Source: Candidatus Omnitrophota bacterium | GTDB taxonomy: Bacteria > Omnitrophota > Omnitrophia > Omnitrophales > Aquincolibacteriaceae | Direction of reading: 5' to 3' | Assembly: GCA_016930235.1 (NCBI GenBank) | Contig: JAFGHI010000015.1 | Location: forward strand, 4,218 to 68,217 | DNA: 64,000 bases | Part shown: in pieces, positions 9,824-18,559 of the stretch | How positions within the stretch are numbered: position 1 is the first letter of the stretch | Layout of the letters: each line of letters begins with the position of its first letter | Notes under the pieces: model-generated | What the model saw: the letters and a program-made list of their open reading frames with translations, nothing else | What the model was told of the DNA's origin: nothing | Database searches by the model: none | Position numbers and translations under genes: made by a program

Positions 9824-11066
9824 CGCGTTTTTCCTCCCGATCCTCAACCTTAGTCACTTTTGAATGTAATAGACCCCGGTGTAAACGTGTTTTTATTTCG
9901 TCGCCAATTTTAACTTGCCCCGCTTCTTTTAAGACCTTCCCCCGAGAATCAAAATTCAAGGAATAGCCTCTCTCTAATACCCCAAGGGGACTTAAAGCAT
10001 GCAGTTTTCCTACCAAAGATTGAAACGCTTGTCCTTTTTGTGAAACATAAGAGCGCCAATAATTTTGAAGCTGCCGCAACAACTCATCGATACGTTGCGA
10101 AAATTGCTGAATGAGTATCGCCGGCTGCCGGAATGCATAACTTTCTAAAATCCTTTCAAGGCTACCTTTCCACCCTTCGGTCAAATTCACCATAGCATTC
10201 CTTAACCGAACCTGGCTATTCTCAACTCTTTTCTGAAGTTCCTCGCGGTTCTGAACAACCAATTCCGCAGCCGCTGAAGGTGTCGGAGCCCGCAAATCAG
10301 CAACAAGATCACAAATCGTCCAGTCAATTTCATGGCCGACGGCCGAAATAATGGGTATCTTGGAAGCAAAAACCTCTCGAGCAACCACTTCCTCGTTAAA
10401 GGCCCAAAGATCCTCAAGACTCCCTCCCCCTCGCCCGACGATCATGACATCCACTTGCCCCATTCGATTCATTTCCCGAATCGCTTGGGCTATCTCTTCG
10501 GCGGCTCCTTCTCCTTGGACCTTGACAGGGTAAAGTAAAATGTTGGTTCCACCAAAGCGACGATTGACAACATTCAAAATATCCCGGATGGCAGCACCTG
10601 TCGGAGATGTCACAACCCCGACAGTCGACGGAAATTTTGGGATTATCTTTTTATGGTCTCTGGAAAAAAGTCCTTCCTTCTCTAATTTCTCTTTTAATTG
10701 CAAAAAAGCCAGCTGTAAGGCTCCAACACCTTTGGGTTCCAAACGCTCGATATACAACTGATACTGCCCCCTTGATTCATAAAGAGAAATCTTCCCGCAA
10801 GCAAGGACTTTCAGCCCGTCTTTGATTTCAAATTTGACAACCTGATTATAGCGCGAGAAAAAAACAGCGCTGATTTGGGCCTTGTCATCTTTTAAACTCA
10901 GATACATATGCCCGGAAGAATGATGCTTAAAATTAGAGATCTCCCCTTCAACCCAAATGTTTTGAAAATGCCCTTCCAGCAACATTCGGGCGCGGCGGTT
11001 AAGCTCATAGACCGAATAAACCTTTGTTTCCTTCTGGATACCTTCTTGTAGATGCGCTTCAGACAT
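9816..11066 (-). CDS. xseA: Exodeoxyribonuclease VII large subunit
   Basis: GEISN..SGHMY, RGGGSLEDLW, GHEID, APTPSAAAE. Confidence 0.96.
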   Translation of the reverse strand: MSEAHLQEGIQKETKVYSVYELNRRARMLLEGHFQNIWVEGEISNFKHHSSGHMYLSLKDDKAQISAVFFSRYNQVVKFEIKDGLKVLACGKISLYESRGQYQLYIERLEPKGVGALQLAFLQLKEKLEKEGLFSRDHKKIIPKFPSTVGVVTSPTGAAIRDILNVVNRRFGGTNILLYPVKVQGEGAAEEIAQAIREMNRMGQVDVMIVGRGGGSLEDLWAFNEEVVAREVFASKIPIISAVGHEIDWTICDLVADLRAPTPSAAAELVVQNREELQKRVENSQVRLRNAMVNLTEGWKGSLERILESYAFRQPAILIQQFSQRIDELLRQLQNYWRSYVSQKGQAFQSLVGKLHALSPLGVLERGYSLNFDSRGKVLKEAGQVKIGDEIKTRLHRGLLHSKVTKVEDREEKRDG

Positions 11067-11072
11067 TTACAG

Positions 11073-11864
11073 TTACTCCACCCTGCGGTGAATACGCTTT
11101 ACGGATACCGCGCGCTTCTCATCCAAGTCCATTTCAAAAATAACCCCCGAAAACCGGACATCATCCTTTGCCATCTCGAACCTTGCCGGCATTTGAGTGA
11201 TAAACATATGTAGAACGCTTTCAATGTCTCTCCCAATAATGGACTTGTAAGGGCCGCACATCCCGACATCGGTAATATAAGCCGTCCCCTGGGGAAGAAT
11301 CGTCTCATCCGCTGTTTGAACATGCGTATGAGTGCCAAAAATACCGCTTACTTTGCCGTCTAAATACCACCCCATCGCAATCTTTTCGGATGTCGCCTCG
11401 GCATGGAAATCAACGACAATAATATCAACCTTGTTTCTTAGCTCCTCAACTAATTTTCTTGCCGTTTCAAAAGGACATTCAACGGTCTTAAGAAAAACTC
11501 TTCCAATAAGATTAATGACACCTATCTTAATCCCTGTTCGGGTCTGATAGATCCCTTTGCCTTCGCCCGGAACCATCGAAGGGAAATTGGCCGGCCTTAG
11601 GATCCGGTGATCCTCTTGAATAAGTTGTTCAGCCTCTTTCTTTTTAAAAACATGGTCGCCGGTCGTCAAACAATCGATTCCACAGCCGAAAAGTTCTTCG
11701 GTGGTAGCCTCCGTAATTCCCGATCCGCCCGCCGCATTTTCAGCGTTTATTATCACAAAATCGATTTTTTCCTCCCTCTTGATCTGTGGGATCACTTCAG
11801 CGCAGGCCTTCCGCCCAGGCTTCCCCACGACATCTCCACCTATAAGAATCTTGATCCTATTCAA
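11073..11864 (-). CDS. ymdB: YmdB-family metallophosphoesterase
   Basis: GDVVGKPG, NAENAAGG, DFHAEATSEK, GTHTHVQTAD. Confidence 0.92.
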   Translation of the reverse strand: MNRIKILIGGDVVGKPGRKACAEVIPQIKREEKIDFVIINAENAAGGSGITEATTEELFGCGIDCLTTGDHVFKKKEAEQLIQEDHRILRPANFPSMVPGEGKGIYQTRTGIKIGVINLIGRVFLKTVECPFETARKLVEELRNKVDIIVVDFHAEATSEKIAMGWYLDGKVSGIFGTHTHVQTADETILPQGTAYITDVGMCGPYKSIIGRDIESVLHMFITQMPARFEMAKDDVRFSGVIFEMDLDEKRAVSVKRIHRRVE

Positions 11865-11876
11865 GGGACTCCCTTT

Positions 11877-12467
11877 CTAAGAAATAATCTTTGTTTCTTT
11901 ATCCGTAATGTACCCGTCCAAAAGCTTGTCATGCACATCTTTGGGTAATCGTTCTTGTGTTTGTTCAGAAAATGAAATTCCGATCGCCTTCGTTGATATC
12001 CTTCTCCCTGCTAAAAAACGGTCAAAATAGCCTCCTCCTCGTCCCAAACGAACACCTCGAGGGTCAAAAGCGACTCCGGGGACGAATAAAACACCGAAAT
12101 CGTTTATGTTTGCTCTCTTCCCTCTCCTCGATATCGGTTCAAGAATTCCGAAAGGTCCTTTCCTCAAATCCCTCTTCACATTTTGAATCCTGACCGCACT
12201 TAACACTCTCGCTTTTCCCAAACGCGGCAAATAGACTTCGATCCCACTGCGGATGAACCGCCTTATAAGATTCAGGGTATCCACTTCCCAGTCTTTTGAG
12301 ACAAAGATAAAAAGACGCTTGTATTTGTTTTGCCTGACGAAACTCCATAAACGTCTTTGGATAGACCTTATTTTTCTCCTTCGGACCGCTGGAGGTATAC
12401 TCCTGACTTCCTTCCTTATCTTGTTTCTGTACAATGATTTATAAACTTCTATTTGTGAGGCATTCAT
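11877..12467 (-). CDS. 5-formyltetrahydrofolate cyclo-ligase
   Basis: FGILEP, VPGVAFD..RLGRGGGYFDRFL; start uncertain. Confidence 0.85.
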   Translation of the reverse strand: MNASQIEVYKSLYRNKIRKEVRSIPPAVRRRKIRSIQRRLWSFVRQNKYKRLFIFVSKDWEVDTLNLIRRFIRSGIEVYLPRLGKARVLSAVRIQNVKRDLRKGPFGILEPISRRGKRANINDFGVLFVPGVAFDPRGVRLGRGGGYFDRFLAGRRISTKAIGISFSEQTQERLPKDVHDKLLDGYITDKETKIIS

Positions 12468-12517
12468 GCTTTTGGTGGGGATCATTTTAGCGAAATTAGG
12501 GGTTTTTAGCCACAAAT

Positions 12518-12552
12518 AAAAAACCCTGGGGCCTTTTCAAGCCCCAGGGTTT
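12518..12552. terminator. Intrinsic terminator downstream of the porin gene
   Basis: AAACCCTGGGGC/GCCCCAGGGTTT stem with A/T tract. Confidence 0.85.
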
Positions 12553-12573
12553 CGATTCTAAATTTTCTACGTG

Positions 12574-14085
12574 TTAGAACGCTAAGCTGACTGTCCCAAC
12601 AACCTCTTTGGCAGTCTCTGTTGCCTGGTTCATCGATGACCCAAACGTATTTACGGTCGTACGATCCGTGTCAAAATAATCACCGGGCCAGAAGAACGCA
12701 CCGATCAAGCCAAACGTTAAATCTTCCGTATAGGCGTAATCAAGTGTCATATCCAATTCGTTCCCGATAAATTTGCCACGACCGGCAATAGGCACTTCAT
12801 CTAACCAGAAAAGCAACCAACGAGTGAAGAAGGTCAAATCCTGGTTGTTAAACGGATGGAAAGAAGCATCAAACATGACTTGATGCTGATTGGTGTAGCC
12901 AGGTGTAACACCCACATCGGTAAAGTAAAACTGCCCTTGAAACTCCCGAATCGCGCTATAGTACTTACCCCGGAAGAGAGGACGATAATTGGTTGAGGTG
13001 TTATCACTTTCATTACGATCTTCACCCGAATAGAAAACCCATCCTAAACCGAGTTTGGTCGGCCACGGGGCTTCCAGCCAATCCCATTCAGCTCTCAAAT
13101 CATACGCAAGGGCCATAATGTTTTGACGTTCACGCCCGTTAAGCGTAAAAGCACGCAATGTGGAGCTGGCGTCATTAACTCCTTGAGGAAGCACACCGTT
13201 CGCTCCACCTTCTTCACCAAATTCCCACACAACTTCGCCGGCCAACTTCAAACGATCCCACGGCCGAACGCTTCCGCGAAGCCCGATAGCATAGACAACT
13301 TCGGGTTCTGTATAAACATCACCCCAGTTGTTTGCTTGATCTCGATCGCGGCTTAAGAGTGTGTAAATTTCACCTTCTGCAGAATAAGCATCAAAAACAC
13401 GCCCCACATTGATACCTACCAGATCATGATCATCACCCGCATCGATCTGATCTTCACGAACTTTCGCAGCCACCAAATCAAAATGCCATGGAGCATTATC
13501 AATTCTCGCTGTAATGGCATCGAAGCTGTTGAACATCGAAAATTCGTCTGCGGAAATGGTGTTGGAAGGATCGGGATTCCCAAGTTGACTCGAGCCAATG
13601 GCAAACCCTTCACCCCACTGAATATTCTGGCGGCCAATCTTAACCGACAATTCGGGGTAATAAAGTTCTTTGATGGTGATATTGGCAAGATTCAGAATCA
13701 CATCAAACTGGTCATTCGCTGCGCTTCCACCCGCGCCTTGAAAAACAGTACCATTGGTTGCCAATGGCGAACCCTGTGCACCCCCGGAAGGCGCATCAAT
13801 GTCCCGCTGGTTCATGAGTTCAACTTCAGCGGAAATATTTTCGGTTAAATCAGCATCCACTCTCAAGCGGACGGTGCTCATGAAAAACTTCTGGTCATCA
13901 TCACCCGCAAAAACACCACCGTTGTAAGTCGACGTTTCTAAATTACCAAGCGTATAACCGTCACGATACAAACCACGAATCGTTATGTCACCGCTCAGTT
14001 TCACATTCTCGACTGCTGCAAACGCTGGTACTGCTAAAGCCACACACAAAACCAACGTAAGCCAGAACGCTTGTTTGCGAAACAT
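12574..14085 (-). CDS. Outer-membrane beta-barrel, alginate-export-like porin
   Basis: Signal peptide (..VPAFA), amphipathic beta strands, KIGRQNIQWG, GNELD, C-terminal Phe. Confidence 0.8.
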   Translation of the reverse strand: MFRKQAFWLTLVLCVALAVPAFAAVENVKLSGDITIRGLYRDGYTLGNLETSTYNGGVFAGDDDQKFFMSTVRLRVDADLTENISAEVELMNQRDIDAPSGGAQGSPLATNGTVFQGAGGSAANDQFDVILNLANITIKELYYPELSVKIGRQNIQWGEGFAIGSSQLGNPDPSNTISADEFSMFNSFDAITARIDNAPWHFDLVAAKVREDQIDAGDDHDLVGINVGRVFDAYSAEGEIYTLLSRDRDQANNWGDVYTEPEVVYAIGLRGSVRPWDRLKLAGEVVWEFGEEGGANGVLPQGVNDASSTLRAFTLNGRERQNIMALAYDLRAEWDWLEAPWPTKLGLGWVFYSGEDRNESDNTSTNYRPLFRGKYYSAIREFQGQFYFTDVGVTPGYTNQHQVMFDASFHPFNNQDLTFFTRWLLFWLDEVPIAGRGKFIGNELDMTLDYAYTEDLTFGLIGAFFWPGDYFDTDRTTVNTFGSSMNQATETAKEVVGTVSLAF

Positions 14086-14185
14086 ATGCTTGCCTCCCCT
14101 GTTTTGCACTTGTTAATTTAATTGCGTTTTGGTTCTTAGCCTCATAACATCCGGCTAAATAACAAATTCCACCCTATCCCTAAAT

Positions 14186-14222
14186 ATGTCGGCATGTTAG
14201 AAAAAAAGCTTAACATTGTCAA
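14186..14222 (-). promoter_or_regulatory. Overlapping sigma-70 and sigma-28-like promoters of the porin gene
   Basis: TTGACA-N17-TAACAT (14222-14194) and TAAGCTTT-N11-GCCGACAT (14212-14186). Confidence 0.6.
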
Positions 14223-14303
14223 TTCTTTTTTTTCTGAAGGCCAGTGATCGCCAAAGTTATATGTTCCCTTTGAAAAGCTGATCGAAATATATTATCGGAC
14301 GCT

Positions 14304-17300
14304 TCATCTTTGAAGCTGAGACCCTAAGTCGGATTGCCGTGTTTCCTGAGAACTAATAGGGCCGCCCCATCGTCCTTGTTGAGGTGGAATCGACAAGTTT
14401 TCAGAATCAATTGCAAACTGTTTTCCCTCAAGGAAATAAGCCTGTTTCTTCAATCGATTCTCCCATTCCAGGAACCGGGCTTCTTGCTTCCTTTGATCCT
14501 CAAACATCGTTTTCCGCATCCGGTCGAGATCTCCTTCAGCTTTTCTCAAAGCTGTCCATTCCTGCTGAACCTGCTGCTGCATTTGCCGCAATTCTTTCTC
14601 CCGCTCAGCAATCGCGGTAAATTTCCGCTGCAATTCTTCTTCACTATGCTGAACCGCATTGGTTCTATTTTTTTCTTCTTCCTGCCAGCGCATTTTATCG
14701 TGTTCGAGCCTATTCTTAGCAGAAAGAAGTTCTTGTTTTTCTTTTTCGATTTCACTCCTTTTAGCCAGCAGTTCGTCTCTTAGATTTTTTTGAGAATCGC
14801 TAAAACCCGCCACTTCCCGTTCGAACCGGTCTCTTTCTTCTTGGAGGGCAATCATTTTTTGTTTCAAATCACTTTGATCAAGGCTAAATTGTCTTTTCTC
14901 CTTTTCCAGGGTAATCCTTTCTTGACGTGCTTGCTCAGATTCTTGGAGCATTTGTTCTTTACGCCCGTCAAGCTCTTTGGCCCCCTGCTTCAAGATGGCC
15001 TGTCCTTGCTCCATGGATTGTTCTTTCTCGCGAATCCGATTCTCCCATTCCAGCTTTTTCTGCTCCCAATCCATTAATTTCCTTTCAAAGGCCTGGAAAC
15101 GTTCTTCCATCTCCTGCTCATGCAACCGCATATCCTCTTCACGAGCAGCTAGCTGTTGTTTCTTCTGGTTCATCTCCTGTTCAAGGATATCCAATTCCTG
15201 CCTCTGCCGAAGGGCGTCTTCCTTCCATTCGACTTGGGTATTGTGTAACTTATCCCTCTGAACCCTGAGCTGCTCTTCACGTTCTTGGAGATTCTGTCCC
15301 ATCCTTACGAGACCTTGCTTCTCTTCAAGAAAGGCATTGTAATTTTTTTCAAAATCCGTTTTCGCAACATCAAAAGCTTCTTTTCTTTCATTAAACTGTG
15401 AAATCTCTTGAGCAATCGAATTTTGCTTTTCCTGAAGCAATTGGTTCTTTCGGGCCCATTCTTCCTGAATCTGAGCCAAAGCGGACTTATCTTCATCAAA
15501 CTGTTTGCGTTCCTGTTCGAGATCAACCCGCTTTTTCTCCATATCCCTCTCAGATTCCTTAAACGCCGCCAACCGCCTGATAAATGCCTCCCGTTCAATC
15601 CTGAAAGCCTCGCCATCTTCCTCTAATTTCTGTTCTCGTGTGGCAAGGATTCTCTTTTCACGTTCAATGTCAGCCTTAGATGCATCCAGTTCTTTAACGA
15701 ACTTCTGTTTTTCCGTTTCAAATATCTGCTTTTCTTCATTCAAATAAGAAGACGCGCGGATAAAGGCCTGCTCTTTTTCAGAAACAGACCGGATTCTTTC
15801 ATCAAGATTAGCCTTTTCTTTAAGGATACTACTCTCCAGGGCCTCGAATTCCCTCTTCCTTTGATTGGTCTTCTCTTCCTCTTGGTTAAGCTCCATCCGT
15901 TTTCTGGTGACGAGTTCCTGCATCTGATTGAGCTTGGTCTCTTCTGCTTGGACAATCTGTTCCCTTTCGGCTAAGGACTCCGCCTTTTGGCGTAAAGCAA
16001 GCTCTTCTCCGTTCAATTCCTCACGATAGCGGTCTAATCCTTTCTTTTGCGATTCGATGTCCGAACGCAAATCCTGAAGCTGTTTGGCTTCATCCCGAAT
16101 CCGGCCTGCACGTTCATCCAAGCTCTGTCTCGTTGCATCGAGCGCATTGCGAATCCTATTCTTTTCATCGTTAAAGGCTCCCAGATCTTCAGCTAACTTA
16201 AGTTTCTCATCCTTTAACGCCTCTTCACGGGTCACAGTTTCTGTTTCAAACTGAACGCGCTTATTCTCCCAGTCTTCACGCTGTTGCCGGAAATCCTTCA
16301 ACTCCTTAAAAAACATGGCCCGAGCTTCTTCAAGCGCACCCCGCTCCTGATTAAGATCTTCCAACTGAACCTGTCTGTCCTTTTCCCACTGTTCTTTCTC
16401 GCGAGAAAATTCAGCCCACTGATTGTCCAGTTCTTCCGAGCTCAAAAGAATCTGTTCTTCAGCTCCCCAGCGCGCACGTTGTTCCTCATAATTTTCAATC
16501 TCAGCCATCAATTGCTGCTTGCGATCCATAAGATTTGATATCGTTTGTGCAAGCTCTTCTTTCTCATCCCCAAACGATCTTTTCATTTCCTCCAATTGTC
16601 TTTCCCTTTGCGCCAATTCTTCCTCTTTTTCATCCAAGGCCGATTGACGGGATTGAATATCGGTCTGAGCATCATAAATCCGCTGCCGTTCCTCATCCAA
16701 AGCCTTTTGCTGTTTTTCGAAAATCTTAAACCGCTCTTCAAGCTCGGCACCCTGTCCATCGATGCTGCCTTCTTGATGAGTCAACTTCGCAAGCTGTTTC
16801 TTTAAGTATTCCTCTTTCTCAACGATGGCTTGGACTTTTCCGACAAGATCGCTTTCGATTTTTGCCTTTTTCTTTTCCCATGAAGCTTTCTCTTCCCGAA
16901 ATGTCTTCTCTTGTTCTCCAAGTTCAGAAGCCTTATTTTCGAGAACCTCCATCCTGGCTTCGACAGTAAGCTGGCGGTCTGCGATTTCTTTTTCTTGTTC
17001 GCTTGAAAGCTGTGTTTCGCGTGTCGATAGTTCTCTTAATCGAGAAACAAGTTCCTCCTCTTTGCCCTTTAAGGTTTCCCAATTGCTTTGTCTTTCTTCA
17101 AGCGCTTCTCTCGCCCGCGTATACGCTTCGCGCTCTTCAGTGAGCTGAATCTCCTGCTCCGACAAAGCTTCCTTAAGTTCAGCCACCATTTCTTTGTCTT
17201 TGTCCAGAACATCGAGCCGGGCATTGAGTTCTGCTCTTTCTTTCTCTAGCTTCTGGAAGCTTTCCTTTAATCTTTGTTCGATACCGTCTTTTTGAACTTC

Positions 17301-18239
17301 CCAATCAAACCGGCGCTGAGCCAATTCCTGCCTTTCCTTTTCAATCTCATCATTACGGACATTTAAAAATTCGATTTTCTGTTCCCATTCTTTTTTAAGA
17401 GTCTCCGCCGCATTAAGCTTTTGTTTTAATTCCTCGGACCGCCGCCTCAGCATCTGCTCCTGCTCCTGCAAATCCTCCTTTTTACCCGAACGGCTCAGGA
17501 GCTCAGTGCGCCTTCCGGCCAATTCCATCTTTTCCTGCTCGAGACTTCTGCGTTCACGGGTTAAACGGTCCTCAATGGCCCTTAACTCCCTTTCTTTTTG
17601 TTCGAGTTGACTCTGGCCGCTTGCCATGCCGCGATCCTGCTCATAACTGACTTCGGACATTTGCTTTCTTAAATCAGCAAGCGTCTGTTTCAGATTTTCA
17701 ATCATTAAGTTTCGATCGTGTAATTCATTCGTCAGCCGATCGATTTGAGTCTGCTGATCCTTTTGAGCACCCTGGCCTTGACGTTTTTCGATCACCGCCC
17801 TTAAATCATTCTCGAGCTTTTTCTTAAGTCCTTCGAGTTTCATCTTCTCTTCTTCGATGGCAAGCCGCTGATTCTGCTCAAGATCCTGCATTCTCTCCTC
17901 AAATTCCTTTTCCCGCTGCGCTAGAGCATCTGACTGAGCCTTCTTTTCCCCTACCCATGCTTCACGCTCCTGCTGAAACTTTTCTATTTTATCTAAGAGC
18001 GTTCGTTTGATTTCTTCAAGGCGGGCTTCCTTCTTATCCAAGAGCTGAATCTGGTTATTCCGGTCTTCCGTCCAGCGTCGTTGAGCGGCTTCAAATTGAG
18101 CGATTTCCTGCGCAAAACCGTAGTCGGCGTTTGACCCTTCTTGAGCCATCGAATTAAGAGTGTAAGCAAAGCACAGAAGAAAAGCGATGTGTCCAATAAC
18201 AATCGTTCGGGTGAGAGACTTTTCTACTATACGGTTCAT
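14304..18239 (-). CDS. Giant exported coiled-coil protein (1311 aa)
   Basis: Hydrophobic N-terminus ending SMA-QE, then a near-continuous E/K/R/Q-rich heptad sequence. Confidence 0.85.
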   Translation of the reverse strand: MNRIVEKSLTRTIVIGHIAFLLCFAYTLNSMAQEGSNADYGFAQEIAQFEAAQRRWTEDRNNQIQLLDKKEARLEEIKRTLLDKIEKFQQEREAWVGEKKAQSDALAQREKEFEERMQDLEQNQRLAIEEEKMKLEGLKKKLENDLRAVIEKRQGQGAQKDQQTQIDRLTNELHDRNLMIENLKQTLADLRKQMSEVSYEQDRGMASGQSQLEQKERELRAIEDRLTRERRSLEQEKMELAGRRTELLSRSGKKEDLQEQEQMLRRRSEELKQKLNAAETLKKEWEQKIEFLNVRNDEIEKERQELAQRRFDWEVQKDGIEQRLKESFQKLEKERAELNARLDVLDKDKEMVAELKEALSEQEIQLTEEREAYTRAREALEERQSNWETLKGKEEELVSRLRELSTRETQLSSEQEKEIADRQLTVEARMEVLENKASELGEQEKTFREEKASWEKKKAKIESDLVGKVQAIVEKEEYLKKQLAKLTHQEGSIDGQGAELEERFKIFEKQQKALDEERQRIYDAQTDIQSRQSALDEKEEELAQRERQLEEMKRSFGDEKEELAQTISNLMDRKQQLMAEIENYEEQRARWGAEEQILLSSEELDNQWAEFSREKEQWEKDRQVQLEDLNQERGALEEARAMFFKELKDFRQQREDWENKRVQFETETVTREEALKDEKLKLAEDLGAFNDEKNRIRNALDATRQSLDERAGRIRDEAKQLQDLRSDIESQKKGLDRYREELNGEELALRQKAESLAEREQIVQAEETKLNQMQELVTRKRMELNQEEEKTNQRKREFEALESSILKEKANLDERIRSVSEKEQAFIRASSYLNEEKQIFETEKQKFVKELDASKADIEREKRILATREQKLEEDGEAFRIEREAFIRRLAAFKESERDMEKKRVDLEQERKQFDEDKSALAQIQEEWARKNQLLQEKQNSIAQEISQFNERKEAFDVAKTDFEKNYNAFLEEKQGLVRMGQNLQEREEQLRVQRDKLHNTQVEWKEDALRQRQELDILEQEMNQKKQQLAAREEDMRLHEQEMEERFQAFERKLMDWEQKKLEWENRIREKEQSMEQGQAILKQGAKELDGRKEQMLQESEQARQERITLEKEKRQFSLDQSDLKQKMIALQEERDRFEREVAGFSDSQKNLRDELLAKRSEIEKEKQELLSAKNRLEHDKMRWQEEEKNRTNAVQHSEEELQRKFTAIAEREKELRQMQQQVQQEWTALRKAEGDLDRMRKTMFEDQRKQEARFLEWENRLKKQAYFLEGKQFAIDSENLSIPPQQGRWGGPISSQETRQSDLGSQLQR

Positions 18240-18301
18240 AAAAGGATGAGAATTTTTATTCCTATGATTTATTTCCTTACAAAAATCACATTTTGAGGAT
18301 A

Positions 18302-18329
18302 GAAAAAAAGCCCCATCGCGCGATGGAGC
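18302..18329 (-). terminator. Intrinsic terminator ~60 nt upstream of the 1311-aa gene
   Basis: AAGCTCCATC-GCGC-GATGGGGCTT followed by a T run. Confidence 0.75.
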
Positions 18330-18396
18330 TTGTTTACCTCTTCGTCATGAAAATCATTTCTGCGCCCGTGGAAAGACCTCCGGTCAATTTTGTAAT

Positions 18397-18425
18397 AAAG
18401 TAGCACGAGCAATGACTTATGTCAA
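18397..18425 (-). promoter_or_regulatory. Sigma-70 promoter
   Basis: TTGACA-N17-TACTTT with TGn extended -10. Confidence 0.7.
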
Positions 18426-18559
18426 GACGAGGATTAGAGTTATAGCAAATTTGTTTCGGAAAAATGAGAGCGCCCAAATTTCCATTTTAGAACACGCTAT
18501 GAATATCTCAGAGAAGAAGAGTTGTTTTGAACTAACTCTTTCTGGATAGGGGGCTTAGA

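Noticed and set aside
18300-18400. c-di-GMP-I or ZTP riboswitch
   Set aside because: Only fragmentary resemblance; the conserved cores and second stem are missing
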